From positions 48,608,001 through 48,672,000 of the forward strand of contig OX597835.1 of the NCBI GenBank assembly GCA_951406725.2: a DNA stretch of 64,000 nt, read 5' to 3'. Position numbers and translations under genes: made by a program. Under the pieces are notes generated by a model. The model was not told the DNA's origin. It saw nothing but the letters and a program-made list of their open reading frames with translations, and did no database searches. This DNA is from Octopus vulgaris (lineage: Eukaryota). Shown in pieces: positions 26,268 to 41,070 of this stretch. Positions within the stretch are counted from its first letter, which is position 1. Each line of letters opens with the position of its first letter.

Positions 26268-26436
26268 AAAGACATGCCGAGTTGAAGAGTTTAATTAGAT
26301 TACATGAAGACTTAATAAGAAATTGTAATTAATATGTATGTTATTAGTTTGTTCTTAACATCAAGAGGACGGTAGACGTAAATTGAGCAAATGATGGGCA
26401 AAGGAGAACTTCGATAAGGGATTCAATGTTAGTAAT

Positions 26437-26468
<32 letters not shown>

Positions 26469-26478
26469 GCATGTGTGT

Positions 26479-26509
<31 letters not shown>

Positions 26510-26598
26510 GAATGTGTGTGTATTTACACATATATATATGTGCATACATGCATACATGCTTACATGTGTGATAAATATACATATATATATATATGTAC

Positions 26599-26638
<40 letters not shown>

Positions 26639-26648
26639 GTGCACATAC

Positions 26649-26772
<124 letters not shown>

Positions 26773-27284
26773 ATGTATATGTATATCTGCATATATACTA
26801 ATATATGTATATATGCAGAAGATATAGTCTTCGAGTGCTGTGTTTTGCTCCGGCAGCGATCTCTGAGATGGGAGTAACTTGATGTACATTGCTATATCAT
26901 GTTACATGTACTCGACATAATCATCACGAGTCAATTCTCAAAAGTATCGTTGGGCTGATGTTTTACTAAGATGTTATAACTTTATTTTAAACCTAACTCT
27001 TTAATAGCAAAAGCCTGTAATACGTGTAATAAGTTTAATGAATCCAACACGTTAGACGTGTATAATCTGTCTTGAGATTCTATTCCCCACTCGCTGTTAT
27101 TCCCACGAAATGGCTTGCTACCTAACTGATATCAGAACTTCTACCTGGACTAATTTGAGCTCAAATACTTAGGACGAGTGATCAGCTGCAACCAGCGCCA
27201 TGTCTTTCGCAGATTGATAGCATACAAGTGATCTATCTTCAAAGATTAGGGGCGTGTAGAGGAATCTGAATGTATGTGAATATT

Positions 27285-27670
27285 CTTTTCTACTCTAGGC
27301 AGAAGGCACGGAACTTTGGGGTTAGGGGCAAATCGATTAGATCGACCCCATTATGCAACTGGTACTTAATTTACCGACCTCGAAATAATGAAAGGTAAAG
27401 TCGACCTCGGTGGAATTTGAACTCAGAACGTAAAGACAGACGAAATACCTATTTCTATTTCTTTATTACCCACAAGGGGCTAAACATAGAGGAGACAAAC
27501 AAGGACAGACAAACGGATTAAGTGCTTAACTGGTATTTAATTTATCGACCCCGAAAGGATGAAAGGCAAAGTCGACTTCGGCGGAATTTGAACTCAGAAC
27601 GTAACGACAGACGAAATACCGCTCAGCATTTCACCCCGCGTGCCAACGCTTCTGCCAGCTCGCCACCTTC
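27285..27670 (-). mobile_element. Dimeric SINE family B (two bodies, two different tails) inside one 15-bp TSD
   Basis: TSD ATGT(A/T)TGTGAATATT at 27270-27284 and 27671-27685. Unit 1 is about 27455-27667 and unit 2 is about 27285-27450. Confidence 0.8.
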
Positions 27671-28108
27671 ATGTTTGTGAATATTAAAATCTTTATGCTC
27701 AGGACCTTCGTAAACGGTGAGAGAAAATGGAGGACCAGTACCCTACCACTCTCAGGTTATCATGAGACCAGAAGTCTAGTTGGAGTGCAAGCAATACTGA
27801 CCAAAAATCTGCTAACCATATTTAGAGTATCTATCAGACGTTGATGTCTAAATAAATAAAAGGCATTTTGTCCGATCCGATTGTCAAATTTATAGTTTCT
27901 GCAATCCATTGGTTCATCTTCGAACATAATTAATGTTGATTAACATAATCGGATGCATCTGGAATAACTTGAGACGTGTTGCAAGGATTCGGCCCAGATT
28001 TCAGATATCACATACCCGATAGGTTCTTTCCTCCATCTATCACTCACTCTCACTATCTATCTATATATCTATCTATCTGTGACTGTCTATCTATCTATCT
28101 ATGTATAT

Positions 28109-28183
<75 letters not shown>

Positions 28184-28593
28184 TACATACATACACACAC
28201 ACATATATATCCAGTAGCTATTAATGACAACTTTCTTCCGTCTTATAACGGTTAAAGATACAATCTTTCTTCTGTTTCCACCTCTCCATTGCGTTCGAAA
28301 TTGACTTGCTTGTCTATGAAATATCAAAAACATTCGTCGATTCCAAAGTTTCTTTATAAGCAAATGCACCAAAGGTTCTCATTATTTAGAGTTAAAATTG
28401 ACTGCGATTGTTGTCAGCCGGTTATTTAGCTTAACGGTAGAATATCCAACCATTGTTTGAGGTGCAAGTGTTCACCTCCCGTCGCCATTTGCAGGCAACT
28501 CTTGTTTCCGTCATAGAATACATAATCTCCTGTTTCCGCGATCATACTTCGTACGAAATTCACAATCTTGTCTGTAATACACCCACACACACA

Positions 28594-28672
<79 letters not shown>

Positions 28673-28926
28673 TAACAGATGCATGTACATGAGTGTATAT
28701 ATGTATAATTGTATATATAAATATATTTGTCCATTTAATATTTTGCTACCAATGCGTCTTTACAGCAAAAAATCTAAAAGAAGCACCAATTTTGTGTATT
28801 GATTTGTCCTCTTTCCACCACTAATCCTGTATGTGTGTGTGTGTGCGTATGTGTGTGTATGTGTGTGTATGTATGTATGTATGTATGTATGTATGTATGT
28901 ATGTATGTATGTATGTATGTATACAT

Positions 28927-29046
28927 ACGTGTGAATAAATACACGTACATATGTGTGTGTGCGTGTATGTCATATATATATATGTATATATATATATATG
29001 ACATACACGCACACACACACATATGTACGTGTATTTATTCACACGT
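28927..29046. repeat. Near-perfect 120-bp palindrome centred on (TA)n
   Basis: ACGTGTGAATAAATACACGTACATATG(TG)nCGTGTATGTCA-(TA)n-TGACATACACG(CA)nTATGTACGTGTATTTATTCACACGT. Confidence 0.9.
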
Positions 29047-29252
29047 GCACGTACACATAGACACACACATTTATTTTATGTATGTACGTATATTTGCTTA
29101 TACAATAAGCTAAATAAAATAATAAACGAATTTCAATCACTGCTTTAAAGTAGATGTATATTTTCGAAATGGCTTAACCTAAATTGTACGCAGTAGAAAT
29201 CCAACTGTAAGAATAATAATGATAATAATGATAACATTGAGAAGAAGAAGAA

Positions 29253-29321
<69 letters not shown>

Positions 29322-29390
29322 GAAGATAAAGAAGGAAGACGAGGTGCTCCTTTAAAATCGGTTTTCAATCTATTACTCTGTGTACTCACA

Positions 29391-29446
<56 letters not shown>

Positions 29447-29463
29447 TACATATACATATATAT

Positions 29464-29530
<67 letters not shown>

Positions 29531-29638
29531 GTATGTATATACATGTACATAAGTAAAGGTAAATGTATATATGTACACATTTTATACGTACACGCCGCAC
29601 ACACCAATGCAAATTAACAGTTTGATAGACAGACAGAC

Positions 29639-29734
<96 letters not shown>

Positions 29735-30136
29735 GGGTTTTTGCTTGATGGCCGGTTAGCTGTCTCAGTTTTGTTTCTCTTTTTGTGGGAATTTTTTTTG
29801 TTGCTTTTTTGCTGAATAACATTGCCAGATTTGGTTGGTGACGGAATAGAAGTTAATCCAAATTTAAACGGAAGTACTTTAAAATAATCTGAAGACTGGG
29901 TGAGGAGATGTAGGGAGGAATATAATGGCGTCCATTAAATCAGATTGAAACTAAAATATGTTGAACTTATGTAGATATATCTACACACACACACACACCC
30001 ACACCCACACACACACACACACATATACACATGCAAGTATGTGTGTATATATATATAAATATATATATATATATAAGTATATAAGTATGTGTGTATCAAA
30101 CAAAGTAGATAGCAATGTATATGTAATTATTTGTGA

Positions 30137-30192
<56 letters not shown>

Positions 30193-30687
30193 ATAAACAA
30201 ACTCATACACGCACATATTTAAATATGTACGTATATCATGTGTATGTATTTATATTTATAAACACACCCTAAAAGACATTCGGATATACATACACACAAA
30301 TATATATATAGACAGACAAACAGACAGACAGATAGATAGATAGATAGTAATATACGGGAATATATGAATATATGTGTGTGTGAGTTTCTGTGAGTTTGTT
30401 TGTATAAGTGTGTGTGTCTATGTTTGTCTGATCATGTGTGTGTGTGTGTGTGTGTGTATGAATAACAATAAGAAACAAAAGGAAATGTATACATGAGACA
30501 AGTGGTCGTTTCCGGGAAGAGAACCAACTGCAGACATGCATTAAAATTTTATTCTATTTTACTTTCGACATTCTGTTTTTCGATCCCATATGTTCGTAAT
30601 AGTGCCAAGTTTAAACTTTCGAAGCAAGACAACACTGTTCACATTTTTAGACACATATGTATACCACTATGTATGTTTTGGGTAGGC

Positions 30688-30720
<33 letters not shown>

Positions 30721-30767
30721 TTATTTATATGTGTGTGTATGTGTGTGTGCGTGTGTGTGTATATATA

Positions 30768-30812
<45 letters not shown>

Positions 30813-30879
30813 CACGTGTGTTCGACTATATACAAATGCCTATAGACAGGCAGACGTATATATATATATGTGTGTATCA

Positions 30880-30910
<31 letters not shown>

Positions 30911-30961
30911 CATACATATATATATATATACATATATATATACATATATATAGATATATAT

Positions 30962-31028
<67 letters not shown>

Positions 31029-33114
31029 TGTATGTATACAATGGCACACCTACGCACTAACATCGCATTCACATACAGAGACACACATTCACGCACATAT
31101 ACATACATACATCTCATAGTTCTATTTTCACGTGATGTGGGTACGTGTGTATATATATGTATATTTATATATTTCTATCGACTGTTACGTATACAAAATC
31201 ATACCGGAAGTCATTGTTGTCGTTCAACAAGATATTCATTCGCCTGACAATCTAAATACATGCAATATGTTTCCACATATCCACAATAAAAAAAATATAT
31301 ACATGTGCATATCGACTTCCGGTATTACTCCACTGCTTGATTGCATCATTTCGAAGAATATGGTTTTAAAGAAAGTTTGAACTTTACACCCATATGAGAA
31401 ACGGAAATGTTCCTCTAACTCAGAATTGTTGTTGTTGTCGTTGTTGTTGATTTCATTTTTAATTGTTTCTTATTCAAATTTCTTTCTGAATTCATTTAGA
31501 ATGCAATAAAAATTTTTGTTCGTTCTTGCTATTTCCGGTTTAGATAGCTTCCCAATAGATTGCGTTGATTGAGCCCCAGGCTGCTGGGAATCAATGGGGA
31601 AACCACAATATGAGCATTTGACTTGCTGGAAATAGCAGAGTTATCGCCATTTAACTCGATATCACAAAATTCTCCCTTAACAGGACGCCGGCCCATTGCA
31701 GGATCCGGGACCAGAAATCTTGAGGGAAAAGAATAAGTCGATTACAACGGCACCCTTGTACTTTATTGCGATATTATTTCATCGCATCCGTAGAAATCAA
31801 AGGTAGAACTAACCTCGGATGGATCCCCATTAAAGAAATAAATAGGTGGGAGAAAGGGCGCAAAGCCTTTTGTCCAGCGATTCTGCTCGCTCACCACTTT
31901 CTAGCTTTATTTCTAGAAATATTGAAAGACTCATTTCCAGATATTTTGGTGGGGAAACTTGCGAACAATTATTTAAAGACCTACAGATAGAATTACAGCT
32001 AATCTTCAAGAAACACACACACACACTCACACACGCTCACACACGCACACACTCACATTCGCACACATAAATACACACATACTAACATACATACATACCC
32101 AAGATCACGACAGTAGCTGGCATAAAACAAAGAAGAATAAATAAGTGTTAGACATATATTTTAATAAATTAGCTTTTGTTTCTTCATAACATGTTCTGCA
32201 CATATAAACTTACATGAATACATACAAAAATACGAGCACGTGTGCAGACACGTATACAGACGCACAGAGGTGCTTTAATATTCACGTTCACGAACTTTCG
32301 GATGCGCAAATGTACGCACATATAGACACCAATACACAATCAACAATTATGTGTTTTTGTGTATGAATGCATAAGTTGTGTGTGTATGTGTGTGTGATAC
32401 CTGTGTGTGTGCAAACGCGGAGCAGCACTAATAGTGTTTTGTCACAGGGATTTGGTCAGAAGGCAGGTGGATTGCCAAACACGAAGATTCGATATGGTTC
32501 GGTCTCTTCAGTGACAAGAATCCGAAAATGCGTGTTCCAATATAGAAATATGTAATCAAAACATTAACTGATTTGTGCGAAAGCTAGGTAGGCCGAATTA
32601 AGCCAGTATACGAACTTGAAAGAGCCTTACTTCAAAATACCAGTGTGTTTAATATTTTTAATGCGTATACAAACGAAGAACATTACTAGCTGTGAAATTT
32701 AAGCTCACAGAAAAATTCTGAAAGAACATGTGTGTATATAGATTGGGTCTGGGTGAGAGGTATAGTGCATATAAGTAAATATATCACATGACTAGACCCT
32801 GACACCAATTAATAAATAAAATTGATTGTATATAGAATATATCACGTTGTATAATTTTGTATCATTTTCATGTAAACCATGTTTTCTTTCATGTGTAAAG
32901 CCTTAGAAAAGCAAATGGCGGCTTCTTGGGTATATATGTGACTGTATGTATGTGTGACATGAGTGTGTCTACTGTACGAATCTGTGTAATTTAGATAAAA
33001 TTTTGTATATATATAAATAAAGTATACGTATGTATATATCATATATGCATGTGTATATGTCTCTACATTTTCGTATGTAGGGGTGTATGGGGGTGTATGT
33101 GTGTGTATCGGTGC

Positions 33115-33392
33115 TGGCATTGTTTTGTGGTGAGACGTTTGCATCCCTGTCACATGGTTCCGGGTTCAGTCCCTCTGCATGGCACCTAGGGCAAGTGTCT
33201 TGTACTATAGCTTCAAGCCGACCAAAACCTTGTGAGTGGATTCGGTGACGGAAACTGAAAGAAGCCCGTCATATATATTAATTTGTGTATGTGTGTGCGT
33301 ATTTGTGTGATTGTGTGTCTGTGTATTTGTCCCCCCTACATGTTTATATTCATATCACTTAGCGCTTCAGTAAAAGGTGTTGATAGAATAAC
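33115..33392 (+). mobile_element. SINE family A, diverged
   Basis: CACATGGTTCCGGGTTCAGTCCC...GGAAACTGAAAGAAGCCCGTC. Confidence 0.8.
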
Positions 33393-34211
33393 AACCGGGT
33401 CCATACATGTGAAGTGGACCTCATGGTTTACTTGTTCCAAGATCTCTTGTCAGACTTTATTTTTTATGTCACTCCCTCTACAGCGACCAAAAATGTATAC
33501 ATTTATGTTTTTATGCATAGAAATATGTATGCATTATGCAGGTATATATGTACATATGTGTGTATGCTAGTGTATGTATGTATATATGTGTGTATTTGCA
33601 CATCAGTATGTGTATGGAAGGATGTACGTTGTTGCTTAACCCTGGGCCAATCTCGTCCTATTAGACATTCGAATGATTAATGGCGTTTCAGCCTTACCGC
33701 AATATCTCTTTTTCTCCTCCAGTCGCGTACACCCTGAAAAACCGTCTCTCGCTTCCCTCTATACTGTGTCACCCCTCCTGCGAGACCTACACAAACTCTT
33801 TCTCAACTCCTTCCTTCACCTTCAACAAGAGCATCGTCGTTCTTTACGAAAAAATTTAATAAATCACAAATAATGCTTGTAAGATACTTTTATTTGATAT
33901 GTCGCTCCACAACTGTGATGGGTGGGACGCAAACCAGCGTGGAGATATGTTATTATTTGGTATGTACTCGATTATGTATTATCATTTTATTTAGACATCT
34001 GTGACTGCGGGGTTGTTATGACATGTTGCAGCACAAAAACTCATCTTCAAGAACAATACGTTTCATCGTGGGGACAGATAAACACTATAAATGTGATTAC
34101 GTAACTTCTTTCCTTTCTGTACAGACACACATATTTGCGTGTATGTTTATGTATATACATGAGTCACTGTGTGTGTGATCGTAAATATTTATACCTACGA
34201 TCACACACACA

Positions 34212-34407
<196 letters not shown>

Positions 34408-34469
34408 ACTTTTTGAGGGGATAATTTTTACTTTAATCTTAATAATAATGATGTTTACAATGATTTATC

Positions 34470-35069
34470 CTACATAAATGGAGAATTGCTCATTAAATGT
34501 TTCTGTTTGTTGGGAATACAGTTTGACCTCTAAGAAGCCCATTACGTGTGTTGCATAGGTGGGAGCTACTTTTGTACCATTGCCGTCACTTTTATTTGTA
34601 AGTAGAAGCTGTTGTCGAAGAAGTCATTATTTCCCAGTATTAATTTTAATCCTTCTAAAATGAAGGTTTTTGAGAATCTTTCCATGATATGATTCAGATA
34701 TTTTGTTAACCAGAAATTTATAGCTTCAATTCCTAGGTCGTGTGGGATATTGGCGTATAGGCTAGCTACATCGAAACTAACAAGAACTGTCTCCTTTTGC
34801 ACACTTTTAGATATGTAGTTTAAGAAGTCCATATCGTCCCGGATAAAGCTTTGTATCATTTTAGAACTATATCTATTAAGTTGCTTCAGCGTTGTGTATT
34901 GGATTCTGGTCCTGCAATGACTGGGCGTAGTTTCAGGTCACTGGTTTTCAGAATTTTGACATATGTTGAGTTGTTTCCTTTTTTGCTGTCTTGGATTCCT
35001 TTTGATTTGTGGATCTTGGGTAAACCAAAGAAGTCACAGGTTTTTATTTCGAAGTTGGTTAAATACTGA
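34470..35069 (-). pseudogene. Penelope-like element reverse transcriptase fragment (N-terminal RT motifs, ending before the catalytic DD)
   Basis: YLTNFEIKTCDFFGLPKIHKS, LKLRPVIAGPESNTQR, SFIRDDMDFL, LVSFDVASLYANIPHDLG and FYLQIKVTAM/TKVAPTYATHVMGFLE are hallmark PLE motifs (LPKIHK, DVxSLYTNIP, QxxGTAMG). Confidence 0.92.
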
Positions 35070-35308
35070 TTGAAAACATTAAAATATTGAAAGCATTAAA
35101 AAATTTACAAAGAGACTCTTCGATTATTTTCGAAGAAGCTGACTAAGGTGGAGCAATAGTTATTATGGACGAGAACCATTACAGAGATATGTTGATGGAA
35201 CGGCTCAGTTACCACCACTGAAAAAAACCTAAATCAAAACGAAGATAAAAGTACCATGTGCAAGATACATAGACTGGTCTCAAAAAATCGCAATAACCTA
35301 ACAGAGAA
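35070..35308 (+). pseudogene. PLE pre-RT segment with the DKG motif, inverted relative to the RT
   Basis: Plus strand gives KALKNLQRDSSIIFEEAD*GGAIVIMDENHYRDML...NNLTE, matching the PLE I..ADKGga.Vimd...Y motif that normally lies just N-terminal of LPKIHK. Confidence 0.85.
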
Positions 35309-35757
35309 TTTTAATCCTTCAGCTATTTAATGCTTTTTGGGCCATGCAATCACCAATATTGTTGATTCTGTTATTATCATTTTTAATTGTTACATTAAAT
35401 AATTACAGAGTCAATAATATCTTCGCAAATATTTTCTCCTGAATTTTTTGCTCCAATTTTTTTGCACGATTCGGTGCAAAACGAACCAGTTGCTGCGCAA
35501 GCTTCAACGCGTGCTGGGGAAGGTGAGACTATTATGCCAGTCCAGAAACTGGTCCACGTGTTTCCAAATACTCGGGTGTATATTGAGAGATTGTATTGTC
35601 CCTTTAGCCCGCAGACAGTTGATGTCTGTAGCTATTATCAGTGTATTTTCGGCGATGTAAGTAAGAGTTTTGACTGTTGTTTCTAGCAGGTAGACATACT
35701 TAGTATGTCCGTTGATTAATTTTAATCCTTCGGCTGTTTCATGCTTTTTTGGCCTAG

Positions 35758-36046
35758 CGCACTTTATATTCATTCTTCATTTGTTTATTATTCTTCCTAT
35801 TTTATGTCCATTGGCTAGATATCTTTCAACACACACCTGTAACCTCTTCAGCGAGCGTCTATCGCATGCGTCCCCCACCCCGTTCTGTTTAGTCCAGGAT
35901 GGCAGAATTGACTAAACAGAACAAGAGAAGACACTTGGGATGGAGGGTCGCTGAAGAGGTCACAGGATTTGTGATGAAAGATTTCTAGACAATAGACATA
36001 AAAATAAGATGAAGAATAAACAAGTGAAGAATGGATATACAGTGCG
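35758..36046. mobile_element. Inverted pair of pLTR-like repeats with hammerhead-like motifs, 5' of the PLE RT
   Basis: 35758-35894 is a diverged reverse complement of 35910-36046. The plus arm reads CTGAAGA-G-GTCACA-GGATT-TGTGAT-GAAA-GATTTC-TA (35951-35987). The minus arm has GAAAGATATCTA with palindromic stem III AGATATCT. Confidence 0.7.
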
Positions 36047-36238
36047 TGTGTTTATTTTGCTCGAAGTGAGATGAGAGATGGCCTTGTGCTAAATAACAAC
36101 AGCAACAGCATCAACATCACTACGGATGTCAAAACCAACACTACCACAGCTACTTCCAAAACCTCTACCAGCACCACTACAAACAACAAAGGCAACATCG
36201 ACAAGAGTGTTACCGCCAATACTGACACCAGCCTGAAG

Positions 36239-36430
36239 GTGGTGAGCGGAAAGAACCGTTAAGACACCGGGGGAAGTGCTTAGTGGCATTTCATCTCTCC
36301 TTATGTTCTGAGTTCAAATTCCGCCGATGTCGACTTTACCTTTCATCCCTTCGAGGTCAATAAAATGGGGTTGCATTTATCGACTTAGACCCTCCCTCAA
36401 ACCTGCTGGCCTCGTGCCAAAAGTTAAAAC
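36239..36430 (+). mobile_element. SINE family B, diverged
   Basis: GTTCTGAGTTCAAATTCCGCCGATGTCGACTTTACCTTTCATCCCTTCGAGGTC. Confidence 0.8.
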
Positions 36431-37099
36431 TGATATTAACATCAGCTTTAGAACAACAATAACAAGAGTATAAAAGCTAAAGTAATCTACATCAACGCTA
36501 CCCCCAACTTCAGAAACCCCTTCACCACCTTCGCTATCAGTATTATCATCGTCGTCGTCGTCATCGTCGTTGTAATCATCATTATCATCATCACCATTAT
36601 CACCACCACTACCATCCTCCACTTCCTCCTCTTCCTCCTTGTTATTGTCATCATTATCATCACCATCATCACCATGAATATCATCACCACCGCCATCGTC
36701 ATCATTGTGGATGATGAGCTAACGCAAGATTCTCTATTATTTGGTCGGTAGATAAAGTACCCAATTCACTCACAAATCATATCCTACCTGTCCTTTTTCT
36801 ATCGATTGTTCTGAAGCCGTGTAAAATAAAGTACCCTGCTAAAGATATAACCTGCCGCCCTACGCAGTGATTGAACCTACATCCTTACCATCGTGAGCCC
36901 AACAGGCAAATATACAGGTTTCAAATACATGAACCACGACATTTTAGTGTACGCGGAATGGCATTACATCAACGCATTATGTTATTATAGTTTAAGATAA
37001 TCCTGAAATGACAGGAGGGTCATGGATAGACCGTCTTAAATTGTAGATCTGTTCCATGGGGATCTGACATGTCGCTAAACATCTATAACACCACTAAAA

Positions 37100-37900
37100 A
37101 TCGGCATAAAAAACGACAAGGGTATCGATGACTATAAAAACAACGACAACAGAAGGCATAACAGCAATGACAATAACAACAACAACAACGACGACGGCGA
37201 CAATGGCAATGGCGATGACAACGACGGCAAAAACGATAAACAATAACATGGAAAAGTATCTGAATATGATAAGCTCAATAGCGATGACATGAAGGATAGC
37301 AGCAGCAACATCAACCACAACAACATTAATAGCAGTAAAAACATGTATAGAGATGGTAATTGTAGCAACAACAACAACAACAACAACAGCGAAAACAATA
37401 ACAATAATAATCAAACAACAACCTCAACAAGTATAAATTCGATGATAGTGACAACAACAGCAATGAAAGCTACAGCAGCAGCAACAACAACACTAAGAAA
37501 GTCAGCAACAATAACGAGAACCACAGCAGCAGCAACAACAAGAAGGAATATGCGATGGCGGGCTCCAGTAGCAACGAGATCAAAACAAACTACAGAAGCA
37601 GCAGCAGCAGCATTAATAACAGTGGCGGGCATTAAAACAACAACATTAACAAGCTCAATAGCGATGACAACAACAACAACAACATCAACAACAGCAACAA
37701 CATCAGCATCGGCAATAGCAGTGGTAACAACAACAACAACAACAAAAGCAAAAAACGAAGACAACAGCAGCAATAGCAGCCGCAAAATACAACAACAACA
37801 ACAACAACAATAAGCAAGCAAGCACAATAGCGATGAGAACAACAAAAACAGCAATGACAACAACAGCAACAGCAACAACAACAATGGCAATAACAAGAGG
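37100..37900 (+). repeat. Degenerate (CAA/CAG/CGA)n low-complexity tract
   Basis: Visible mixed trinucleotide tract; it is the source of the poly-T/N/V ORFs. Confidence 0.9.
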
Positions 37901-38556
37901 GAAAAGTACGACGGCTCAATTAACGAAGCGGTGACATCGGAAACCGGTGTCGTATCACATGGAGAGCTTCTGAAGTGTCTGTTTATTTACCCTGATGGCT
38001 ATCTGAACGGAAGCTATTTACACGGCACTTGTATTGTAAAGAGATCACGTTAAAGTAGCTATTTACACAATCCAAACTTCTTTCTTTCCCTTTATATTTG
38101 TATTATTTTTATGTTTCCTTTTTTTTTATGAATTTTGTTGTTGTCGTTGGTTTATTTTTGTTTTGTTTTTTCTTTTGTTTCTTTTGTTTGTTTGGTATTT
38201 TTGCGGTATTTCGTTATTGTATGACTTAGGAGATTGGTGGGGGGAAAAGAGGGGGGGTAGATGGGAAATGATAAAGGGTGGACGGTAGACGATGGCGGCG
38301 GCGGGTGGGGTGGGTGGGGTGGCATGCGGTCGCGGATAGATATAGGGATATAGAGAGGTGGGGAGATATTAAGTGGAGGGATGGAGGAATGAAAAAGGGG
38401 AAATGCAGTCATTAAGGGAGAAGAAAAGGGAGAGACAGAGAGAGAGAGAGAAATGTTTGGGAAATGAATGTACATTAATATGTATGCACATAGACATATA
38501 TGGATGTATATATATATAGAGAATATATACATACATATATACATATATATATATGC

Positions 38557-38593
<37 letters not shown>

Positions 38594-38596
38594 ATA

Positions 38597-38627
<31 letters not shown>

Positions 38628-38754
38628 GTATATATATATACATACATATATACATACATATATATATACATGCATATGTATATATATATATATATATATG
38701 CATATGTATATATATATGCATATGTAAATATATATATATATATACATACATATA

Positions 38755-39200
<446 letters not shown>

Positions 39201-39304
39201 CCCACGCCTATGCATGTATGCATGTCTATATACGTATTGTATATACGAGTATGACCATCTGCTGCATACGTGTATGTGCGTTGGTGCCTCTGTATGTGTG
39301 TGTG

Positions 39305-39338
<34 letters not shown>

Positions 39339-40044
39339 CTGTGTGTGTGCGTGAATCTTGGATGCGGTAAGAGCGGTGACGTAGACGAAGAAAAATGGTG
39401 ATCTAACGGTAATTGTTATATAACAAAGCCGCTTATTGTAATCTTCTTTCATCGTAAACCACCGACGTCAAGCGGCCAGAAGTCTCCTTCGTTGCTGCTG
39501 GTGATCGGTGGTGGGTTTGTTGTTGTTGTTGTTGTGGTGGTGGTGGTAGTGGTGGTGGTGGTGGTGGTGGTGGTGGTGGTGGTGGTGGTTATGATGATGA
39601 TGGTAATAGTGATGATAGAGATGATGATGATGATGATGATGACGACGACGATAATGGTGATGATGATGATGATGATAATGATAATGATGATAGTCGTTGT
39701 AGTTGCAGTGGTGCTGATGTTGGAGCTCCTGGATGTAGTATGACTCCCCAAAATACTTTTCGTTTCTTTCTTCAGTCTTCTTTTTTTTTTTTGTTTTTAA
39801 TAGGTGGTGGTCCAGATTAGAACCTCCTATACTTTATACCAACTGTATAGCATCTCTGCTGAATAGTGATGACATGAACGCGGGCAGCAGCTAAAAGCAA
39901 CAACCAGGACGGCAACAACAATAACAACAACAACAACAACGTCAACAACACCGTAAACGCTAACGTAATATACACCAACGCCACCACGGCTCCGCCACCA
40001 TCACTTTCAGTATCATCATCGTCGTCTTCATCCTTGTGATTACA

Positions 40045-40331
<287 letters not shown>

Positions 40332-40609
40332 TAGTTATTTTTATCAGATTCCTCATCGAGTATTTTTCCTGGACAAGTAATTTTTAAAATATGGACAAAG
40401 AACGAAAATATGGGTTTAAAGAATCTCGCTTGAAGCCAGGAGCTTTGAAATTCAGTCCAATGCGAAACACCTTCATGGTACCGTTGCTGTTGTAGTATGC
40501 TACTCATGTTTCTGTTGATGATGTTGACGCTGGTGCTGTTGCTACTGCTGGTGGTACTGCTGCTCATGATGATGGTAATTGTGATGGTCGTGGTGGCGAT
40601 GGCGGTTCT

Positions 40610-40691
40610 TCTATAGCCCCAGCTCCGTCCATGACTTGTAAATATATTAGGTAGATGGAAACTGTATGGAAACCCGTCGTATATAAACATA

Positions 40692-40751
<60 letters not shown>

Positions 40752-41070
40752 TGCCTATGTTTGCATTTGTACCCCATCGTTTCACAACCGGTGTTGGTTT
40801 GTTTTTGTGTCCGCTACATAACGGCTCAAGAAGAGAGATTGATAGAATAAGTACCGAACTTCACATATTTACTGAGGACGATTTATTCGGCTAAAATTCA
40901 AGGTGTTGCCCCCAGAATGGCTGCAATTCAATGACTGCAACAAGGAGAGTAGAAAAGGTTTGGTAATGTATGCAGTTCACATTAGCAGACCTTTTCTATT
41001 TTCTTCGTTTCAATCATTGGATTGCAGCCTTTCTGGGGCAAACACCTTGAAGAATTTTAGTCGAACAAAA
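40610..41070. mobile_element. SINE family A copy (+) followed by an inverted family-A tail (-)
   Basis: GGAAACTG...ACCCGTCGTAT-(TG)n...AATGACTGCAACAAG to about 40950, then TTTCAATCATTGGATTGCAGCC...CACCTTGAAG at about 41005-41070. Confidence 0.65.

Noticed and set aside
32478-32514. Minus-strand CTGAAGA-GA..TC-GAATC
   Set aside because: GAAA is broken and the GUG triplet is invalid, so it is compatible with chance.
35504-35773. 89-aa minus-strand ORF upstream of the PLE RT
   Set aside because: No recognisable motif. It may belong to the PLE 5' region but cannot be called a CDS.
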